A stretch of 64,000 bases of DNA, from the NCBI RefSeq assembly GCF_032191835.1, contig NC_083223.1, positions 252,464,001 through 252,528,000 of the forward strand, read 5' to 3'. Positions 55,251 through 64,000 of this stretch are shown in pieces; the first letter of the stretch is position 1; each line of letters opens with the position of its first letter. The notes beneath the pieces are model-generated. The model had not been told where the DNA came from. It searched no databases and worked only from the letters and a program-made list of their open reading frames with translations. A program made the translations under genes and the position numbers. Origin of the DNA: Heteronotia binoei. Lineage: Eukaryota.

Positions 55251-58200
55251 ATGGCGGCAGGAGGGGGTGGCGGTGCTGTCCGCTGTCGACTAAGGCGGGC
55301 TCGATCCGCTGGGGAGGCAGGGGCAGGTGAGAAGGCGAGGGCGGTATGGTCCTGAGGCGGGCGTTGCGAAGCGGGCTAGGTGATGACTCCATGGGAGTCC
55401 TGGGGAAGGGGTTGCCTAAGGGGACTTCTGCTGAGAGCGGGAGGGGAAAAGAGATTTCGGCTCTGGAGTGAGGCCTCCTGGCCTATTGGTTATGTGTCTC
55501 ACGAAGATTACGGGAATATAGTTTATGTTCCCGCTCAACCGTGAAACGCACTAGGTTACTTCAAGCGACTCACTTCTTTCACTTCTTTCATTTCCTGCAT
55601 TTCTTCTTTGGATTTCCTGCATGGTGTGGAGGAACTAGAGATGACCCTTGAGGGCCCTTACAACTCTGTGATCTGCTCCTACCTCACAGACCTATTCTGA
55701 GAATAAACTAGCTATGATTGCTTTGAATTCTGTAATATTTTTGGACCCCTAGATAACAGGGTACCATATTAAAAGATGACTTGAAATAGCTTTAGCATGA
55801 AGGAAAACAATAACATCTTGTGCAGCTGCTTAGTTTGACAGATAATGTGTGATCTTTGGGCAAGTCCTCAACTTACCAGTTCCTTAATACTGCTCAGTAT
55901 AATACAATAGAATACATCCTGTCTCTGCAACCTCCTTAGGGTATGCAAATATGCACTGGATGGGTAGAATTGGAAACATTCCAGGAGGCCCTATTTGCTA
56001 GACACAGGTTTCTTGGCTGGTCTGGATGTTGCTCTCTTGATTTTTGGTGGCTTCTTTGTTTTTCAGGGCTTGCCATCATGAAATGAACCAGTCTCTGCAA
56101 GAGAATGTGTGTGCAAAATGTCATTCAGTTGATACATTAGCACACTTATGCATTAGCAAAGCTACTAAGAAACCAGCAGGGGAATGTTTCAGTTGCCTTG
56201 GACATTGAGTAATGGATATGAGTAGATTTAGTAATAGAATGAGTAGGCACATTGATGAACACAAGTTATTGAGGAAGACTCAGCATGGGTTCTGTAAGGA
56301 AAGATCTTACCTCACTAACCTGTTGCAGTTCTTTGAGGGGGTGAACAAACATGTGGACAAAGGAGACCCAGTAGATGTTACCTTGACTTCCAGAAAGCTT
56401 TTGATAAAGTTCTTCATCAAAGTCTCCTTAGAAAGCTCAAGAGTCATGGAGTAAAAGGACAGGTTCTCTTGTGGATCAAAAACTGGCTAATTAATAGGAA
56501 GCAGAGAGTGAGTATAAATGGGCAGTCTTCGCAGTGGAGGACGGTAAGTAGTGGGGTGCCGCAGGGCTCAGTACTGGGTCCCATGCTCTTTAACTTGTTC
56601 ATAAATGATTTGGAGTTGAGAGTAAGCAGTGAAGTGGCTAAGTTTGCAGATGACACTAAATTGTTCAGAGTGGTAAGAACCAGAGAGGATTGTGAGGCAC
56701 TCCAAAGGGATCTGTTGAGGCTGGTTGAGTGGGCGTCAATGTGGCAGATGAGGTTCAATGTGGCCAAGTGCAAAGTAATGCACATTGGGGCCAAAAATCC
56801 CATCTACATATACAAGTTGATGGGGTGTGAACTGGCAGAGACTGACCAAGAGGGAGCTCTTGGGGTTGTTGTAGATAACTCACTGAAAATGTCAAGACAG
56901 TGTGCGATAGCAATAACAAAGGCCAACGCCATGCTGGGAGTTATTAGGAAGGGAATTGAAAACAAATCACCCAGTACCATAATGCCCCTGTATAAATCGA
57001 TGGTGCGGTCTCATTTGGAATACTGTGTGTACAGTATTCCAAATACTGTACACACAGTATTCTGGTCACTGTATCTCAAGAAGGATATTATTATGACATT
57101 GGAAAAAGTGCAGAAAAGGGCAACTAGAATGATTAAAGGTTTGGAACACTTTCCCTGTGAAGAAAGGTTAAAACGCTTGGGGCTCTTTAGCGTGGAGAAA
57201 CATCGACTGCAGGGTGACATAGAGGTTTACAAGATTATGCATGGGAGTAGAGAAAGTACTTTTCTTCTTTTCTCACAATACAAGAATTTGTGGGCATTCA
57301 ATGAAATTGCTGAGCCGTCGGGTTAGAACAGATAAAAGGAAGTACTTCTTCACCCAAAGGGTGATTAACATGTGGAATTCACTGCCACAGGAGGTGATGG
57401 CAGCTACAAGCCTAGCCAGCTTCTAGAGGCGTTTGGATAAAAATATGGAGCAGAGGTCCATCAGTGGCTATTAGCCATAGCATATTATTGGAACCTTCTG
57501 GGGCAGTAATGCTCTGTATTCTTGGTGCTTGGGGGGGGGGGGGGCAAAGTAGAAGAGCTTCTAGCCCCACTTATGAACCTCCTTTCTTTTTTGGCCACTG
57601 TGGGACACTGAGTGTTGGACTGGATGGGCCATTGGCCTGATTCAACATGGCTTCTCTTATGTTCTTATGACAGGCCTCAGATTCAGTGGTAGCTCACAGG
57701 AGCACAGCTCCTGAACCTTTCTGAGAGTTCCACCTCCTTATCCATTGAATAGTATGTGCAGCTGCATAACAATCCCTGGATGAGCTCCATCACCTATTTT
57801 TCTACAACATGACCCCTGGTAATGGATGAGAAGATTAATGTACTAAAACAGAAAAGTTTCAGAGGGAGTCTCTGGAGACACTGTACCAAGTTGGAAATTA
57901 TATGCAGATCTGATGTTATCAGACTTTGACGCATTAGGGATGTTCTAAAATAAGCAGTTCTTACTGACAACCCAGATTCATCCTATTTTGATAATTTAAT
58001 TAATCACCTGTTGAAAGTGGTCGACCCCCACTCTGGTAGATTGTGTTGTTTTGTTTTGGCTGAATCTTGTTTTCAAGTGTGCTCTGCAGTATAACATAGC
58101 ATACCTTGTAGGAAACTGGACCCACTGACCTCTTTGCAGTTACTTCTTTAGGGATGCTGGAAGTAGCAGCAATTAGAGTTTGAGTATCTGAGGTTGCTCT

Positions 58201-61200
58201 GAGTGCATCCTATTCCTTTCTCTTCCCCCAGATGCTGTTTCCATTCTCCCAAGGCGCAGATCTGAGAGGAACATGGTATCCACTGCTCAACCTGTTTCCC
58301 AGGGAAAGCCTCGCTTGATGGCGAGCAAGATGGTGGGCAGCCCAGTGAGTAAAAAAGTCTCCTTTTCCTTTTTTCCTCTCATATCCATTTGATGGGGGAG
58401 AGGTTAAGAATTATCTGTGACCCAACAATAACGCCCTGCCTCAGTTTCCAGGCAGCAAGGTCTCTACCCTTCTTGTCTGAAAACATTTATTTGTTTCGAG
58501 AAAGCCACCAAAGTGGCTGTTAAAACATAAAAAACAATTAATTCATAAAAACAATTAAAATCAAAGCTGAAATAATAGTAAAAGCACATAAAGCAGGAAT
58601 TTAAAAAGGGTAGCGCAGGAAGGAGGGATCACTGAGGAAATGCCAGGTGAAACAAAAATGTTTCACCCATGGGTGGAAGACAGTGATAGAAGGGCACAGA
58701 TGAAAATCCCTGGGAAGAGAGTTCCCTAGCTTTGATGCCATGACCAAGAAGAATGACTCGGAATGTGGAGGCACTCGAAATAGGGGCTCAGAAGGTTACC
58801 TTACTGGTCAGGTATGATTGTGTGGAAGTAGCCAGTTCTTCAGGTATGCTGGTCCTAAACCTTTATAGGTCTTTAAAGATTAACTCCAACACCTTGAATT
58901 GTGTCTGGAAACAAGCTAGGAGCCAGTGTAGATGGGTCAAGACTAGAGTGGTATTTTCCCTATAATCCATTCCAACCTCCTGGCTACAGCATGCTGAGCC
59001 ACTTGAAGTTTCCAAGCATTCATCGAGGGCAGCCCCATTTAGAGCACATGGCAGTACTCTAATCCTGATGTTACCAGGACATGCACCACAGTGGCCAGAT
59101 CTTTTCTGTCCAGGCTAACCAGTTGAAGCTGGTAAAAGACACTGCTAGGTGCAGCTGCCCCCTGCTTGTCTAGTAGTAGGACTGGGTCTAGAAACACCTC
59201 AAAGATGCCTTGGCAGGGAGGGCGGGATATAAATAAAAAGTTATTATTATTAGACCTATTCCTTCAGGAGGAGTGCAGTCCCACTGAGACAGGACACTAT
59301 AAACCCTAGCTCAAGACTTCTGTCCATCAATAGTACTTTCATCTTGCCAGAATTAAGCTTAAATTTATTAGTCCATATCTCCTTCCAGACACCCTCCAGG
59401 TACTGGTTCAGGGTTTGTCCAGCCTCCCTGGGATCTGCCCAAAGCGTGAGATAAAGTTGAGAGTCATCTGCATATTGATGATAGCTCAGCCCAGATCTCC
59501 AGATGACCTCACCAAGTGATATAGTGTAGATATTTAAAATTAGGAGTTTATTAATCTGTCACAGCTTTTGAGTGATTTCTCCAGCAAAGCCTTCATCTTG
59601 TTGTGCAGTACAGAAGGGGATGCCTTGTGGTGGAGGAGGCAGCCTTGCTCCCAAATAATATCTCTGTTCCAAGGATGGAGGGCACTACACACCTTTGCTT
59701 CCCACCATAAAGGGACTTGTGTCAGGTTTGCTTCCACTGTTAAAAGTGGCAAAGTAAAATTGGCCAGCTGCCAGACTATTCTTACTGCTGGGTGGATGGT
59801 GAACAAAGACCTTGTTTGGTGTAGTGGTTAAGTGTGTGGACCCGGAACGGTTCCAGATGGCTCTGCGGGACCCCTGGCCCTCTGGCGACTCCCTCGATGG
59901 CCTGATTGAGACCTGGAATAGCCGGCTCTCTAGGGCCATCGAGGAGATCGCACCTCGGCGCCCTCTGCGACCTCGGACTAAGCTGGCTCCGTGGTATACC
60001 CCGGAATTACGCCAGCTGAAACAAGGCCTTAGACGGCTAGAGAGGCAATGGCGACGTACTCGTGACGAGGCGATTAGAACATCTTACAGGAAGTTTATGA
60101 AGTCCTATGAGATGGCAATCAAGGCCGCAAAGAAAACATACTTTGCGGCTAGGATTGCATCTGCAAATTCGCGCCCAGCCCAATTATTTAGAATAATTCG
60201 GAATCTGACTACATTGCCTCAAGGCAATTCAAAAGCTAAGGAATTGGAAATTGGCTGTGAGGCTTTTGCGAAATTCTTTGCGGACAAGGTCCAATCGCTC
60301 CGCCAGGACTGCCCCGCCAATTTGGAGGCAGTAAGTGGACTCGAAGCCCAATGCGTGTCTTCTGATTTAACTCTGGATTGCTTCGACCCGCTCAGCTTGG
60401 AGGAAGTCGACAGAATTCTTGGCACTGCACGATTCACGACTTGTGACCTGGACCCATGCCCCTCCTGGCTAATTAAGGCCTGCCAGGAGGAATTAAGATA
60501 TCCTATACGGGATATTATAAATCGATCCCTTTCAGAAGGTGTTTTTCCAACACCCCTGAAAGAGGCATTGGTCCGCCCTCTCTTGAAAAAACAGTCATCA
60601 GACCCGGGCGAATTGGCACACTACCGGCCGGTCTCAAATTTGCCCTTTTTAGGCAAAATTATCGAGAGGGCCGTGGCGGTGCAGTTACAGGAATTTCTGG
60701 AGGACGCTTCCGTCCTAGACCCATGCCAGTCCGGCTTCCGCCCGGGCCATGGGACAGAAACAGTCCTGGTCGCCCTCATGGATGACCTCCGACGACAACT
60801 GGATCGAGGCGGCTTGGCGGTATTGCTGTTGCTAGACCTATCGGCTGCGTTCGATATGGTCGACCATCGGCTGCTGACCCGCCGCCTCGCCGACGCAGGA
60901 ATTCGGGGGCTAGCCTTACAGTGGCTCTCCTCCTTTCTTGATGGTCGGGGACAAAGGGTGGCAATTGGGGGGGAACTGTCTCAGAGGTACCCACTTCATT
61001 GTGGAGTGCCTCAGGGAGCAGTTCTCTCCCCGATGCTGTTTAACATCTTTATGCGCCCCCTTGCCCAGATTGCACGGAGGTATGGGCTGGGTTGTCATCA
61101 ATATGCAGATGACACCCAGCTCTATCTACTGATGGGCGACCGGGCTGGTGATGTCCCTACAAATTTGGACCGGGCATTACAAGCCGTGGCTGACTGGCTC

Positions 61201-64000
61201 AGGCTGAGTGGGCTGAAGTTGAATCCGGCGAAGACTGAGGTCCTTTGCGTGGGCCGCGGCGGACCAGGAGGGGAGATTACTTTACCGGCCTTTGACGGTG
61301 CGCCACTGGTACCAGTGCGCAAAGTCAAGAGCCTGGGAGTGCTACTGGAGTCCTCCTTATCAATGGAGGCCCAGGTGGCCGCCACTGCTAGATCCGCCTT
61401 CTTTCATCTTAAGAGGGCGAGGCAGTTGGCTCCCTTCTTGGAGCGCACCGACCTAGCAACTGTGATCCACGCAACGGTCACTTCGAGGTTAGACTACTGC
61501 AATGCCCTCTACATGGGGCTGCCCTTGTACCGAACACGGAGACTTCAGGTAGTCCAGAACGCGGCGGCCAGGCTGCTGGAGGGACTACCACGGTGGGAGC
61601 CTGCGCGGCCTGGGCTGCGGAATCTGCATTGGCTGCCGGTTGTATACCGTGTTCGCTATAAGGTGCTGGTTATTACCTTTAAAGCCCTATATGGCCGAGG
61701 ACCTGCCTACCTAAAGGACCGCCTCTCTCCATATGTGCCCCAGAAAGCACTGAGGTCTAGTTCTCAGAACTTACTAACAATCCCTGGGCCAAGAGAAGTT
61801 AGGTTGAAGGCCACTAGGGAGCAGGCCTTCTCGGTGATAGCCCCTCGTTGGTGGAACGACCTTCCAGAGATGGTGCGAGCCCTGCGGGACCTGAATCAAT
61901 TCCGCAGGGCTTGCAAAACATTTCTTTTCCAGCTGGCTTTCGAGATAGAACCTGATTAACCCAACGAGCGGACATCTAGCCATCTTGTGTACATTATGAT
62001 TACAGCATTTTAGCACCTATTTTATATATTTTATCTATTTTAAATAACTTATTTGTAATCGATATATTTAAATTGTTCATGTTGTTTTATGTGAATCATG
62101 GGACTCCCATGTCTGTTAGCCGCCCTGAGCCCGCCTGGCGGGGAGGGCGGGATATAAAAATAAAATATTATTATTATTATTATCTGGGAGAACTGGGTTT
62201 GATCCCCCACTTCTCCACTTGCAGCTGCTGGAATGGCCCTGGGCAAGCCATAGCTATCACAGGAGTTGTCCTTGAAAGGGCAGCTGCTGTGAGAGCTCCA
62301 CCCACCTCACAGGGTGTCTCTTGTGGGGGGAGAAGATATAGGAGATTGTAAGCTGCTCTGAGTCTCTGATTCAGAGAAAAGGGCGGGGTATAAATCTGCA
62401 GTCATCTTCTTGTGTATCTCTTGTCAACTCTGATCTTGATTGCGATGGCCAAATGGATCTTCCCTGTTCAGTGGCAGTGTACCTCTGAATACCAGCTGTG
62501 GGGAGGGTCATACTGAAAGAGAAGGGCTATCACCTTTGTCCACTGCAAAGGAATTTCCTAGGACATCTGACTGGCCACTGCCAAAAACAGGATGCTGAAC
62601 TAGAGCGTCCCATGGTTGTGATTGATTGGCTTGTGTCATTGCTGTTGAAATCTGGAAATGGTCATTTGTTTAGCAGGCTTTTTAAAAGGACTGTAGCGTT
62701 GGCTAAGCCTCTCTGTTAGGCAAAGTAGAATGCTGACCTCAAGCAGCTGATTTTGGACACTGAGTGGACTCAACAGGACACAATTTCAGTTGCACAAGAT
62801 GAACTGTAATGAATGGGAGCCGTGCTCTTGCATAGCTGTGTTTGTTTTGTTAATGTTTGAGCATCAGAGCATCCCACTGGGTCATGCCCCGAACCCCATT
62901 TATATTTTTCATTTCCAACGCTGAAATACCTTCAGCTGACTGCTTAATTGTATTTCTTGTGACTGAAAAGCAAGCTTAGTTTTAAACGAATGGAAGCAAA
63001 ACCAAGATACTGCATATGTTATTTGCGATGCTAAATACATGTTGCATTGCAAAGTAACCTAAAAAGATAGAACCTCACTCCCAAGGGTTTGACAGTCTGA
63101 AGCTTGAGTGGCCTCTGCAGTGGACTAAACTTGTAACCCAAAAGCTGTAACTTGTAGACCAAATTTTATTATTTTTGAAGTGTATTTTTCAATACATTGC
63201 AATCAAAACCCAAATATAATCAGCCAATACATTACAAATTTTCCTCCCCCTCCTCACCTCTAATTTATGACCTCCGCCGGTATTAAAAATATATAAAAAA
63301 CATTCTAAAGGTAAAATTCACAGTTATAGAATCTTCACTAAAAGTTACCATTATCTTAACTCAAAGATGATTATTATGCTTTATCCTCAGCTTAATTCTT
63401 ATTCATCTAACTTACATATTAAATCAAATAACAATAATCACAGTTCTTCTTTTCTCTTTAAAAGTTCAATTATTGTTGTCAAAACACTCTAAATATCTCT
63501 TCACTTTCCATTGTAACTCCACATAGTTTTGAAACTTCTCCCAGTCTTCTTTGAATTTCTCCAAATTACAGTCTTTTAAGATTCTAGTAAGTTTGTCCAT
63601 TTCACTCCAGTTTAATACTTTTAAGACCCAGTCCCATTTTTCTGGTATTTTGTCTTGCTTCCACATTTGCGCATACAATGTCCTCGCAGCTGAAATCAAG
63701 TACCACAACAGTGTCCTGTCTCGCTTCGGAAAACTTTCCATTTGTAATCCCACCAGAAAGACATCCGGTGCTCTCTTAATATTATATCCCAAGATTTTCA
63801 AAATCTCTTGTTGAATCATAAGCCAAAATTGTTTCGCCTTTTCGCAAGTTCACCACATTTGGTAGAAAGAACCTTCATGTTTTTTACATTTCCAACACCT
63901 ATCTGAAGCTTGATTCCCAAAAGCGGTAACTTTTGCTGGTAGGATGCCTTTCCTCTTCTCACCTGTGTTTCCTTTGTTGTCTCTGCAGATTCCAGTACCA
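55251..64000 (+). CDS. CDCA5: Sororin CDCA5, 5' part (candidate exons 55251..55326, 58232..58344, 63989..edge)
   Basis: GCC-ATG-G start, MAAGGGGGAVRCRLRRARSAGEAGA, donor CAG|GTGAGA. Exon 2 DAVSILPRRRSERNMV...GSP|GTGAGT (RRSER resembles human RRSQR). Acceptor ttgtctctgcAG at 63988. The call rests mainly on head-to-head synteny with ZFPL1; sequence similarity is weak. Confidence 0.6.
56227..57668 (+). mobile_element. CR1 LINE, 5'-truncated RT and 3' UTR, in CDCA5 intron 1
   Basis: ORF 56469..57326 with GVPQGS and FADD; frameshifted; CR1 tail ending TCTTATGTTCTTATGA. Confidence 0.93.
59813..62410 (+). mobile_element. tRNA-derived (MIR/Squam3-like) SINE split by the L2 insertion (parts 59813..59841 and 62181..62410)
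   Basis: Head TTTGGTGTAGTGGTTAAGTGTGTGGAC lies left of the L2; TATCTGGGAGAACTGGGTTTGATCCCCCAC and the rest of the body lie right of it. The intact copy at 52666 shows the two parts are normally contiguous. Confidence 0.85.
59842..62183 (+). mobile_element. Young 5'-truncated L2-clade LINE with uninterrupted RT ORF
   Basis: About 705 codons without a stop (to 61959): APWYTPEL, CDLDPCPSWLIK, YRPVSNLPFLGK, QSGFRPGH, LLDLSAAFD, GVPQGAVLSP, YADD. CpG-rich; (ATT)n tail. Confidence 0.93.
63165..63935 (-). mobile_element. L1/Tx1-clade LINE 3' fragment (ORF2 C-terminus)
   Basis: Minus-strand RCWKCKKHEGSFYQMW*TC zinc-knuckle remnant followed by ORF 63466..63819 (...LISAARTLYAQMWK...EKFKEDWEKF) and an A-rich tail. 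Confidence 0.8.

Overview
Vertebrate genomic DNA, most likely a squamate reptile (gecko-like, inferred from the repeat content: Sauria-type, 5S-derived and MIR/Squam3-like SINEs, young CR1 and L2 LINEs, many hAT MITEs). The window holds the gene block known from human 11q13.1 in mirrored orientation: TM7SF2 (-, first 3 coding exons, runs off the left edge), VPS51 (-, 10 coding exons, 781 aa), TMEM262/CATSPERH (+, 3 exons, 117 aa), ZFPL1 (-, 7 coding exons, 325 aa) and probably CDCA5/sororin (+, first exons, runs off the right edge). All exon models were built by hand from GT/AG sites with matching phases. The unexpected occupant is an intact TLR5-family gene (-, 15547..17492) between VPS51 and TM7SF2. 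It encodes a full LRR ectodomain and LRR-CT cap but no transmembrane or TIR domain, i.e. a soluble TLR5-like protein. Its last four residues and stop codon come from a hAT MITE, and a tight CRE/AP-1/C-EBP/NF-kB cluster lies just upstream of its inferred first exon. The rest is intron/intergenic DNA rich in nested transposons. No CRISPR arrays or functional rRNA/tRNA genes were seen. No database searches were run; identities rest on recalled protein sequences, exon structure and synteny.
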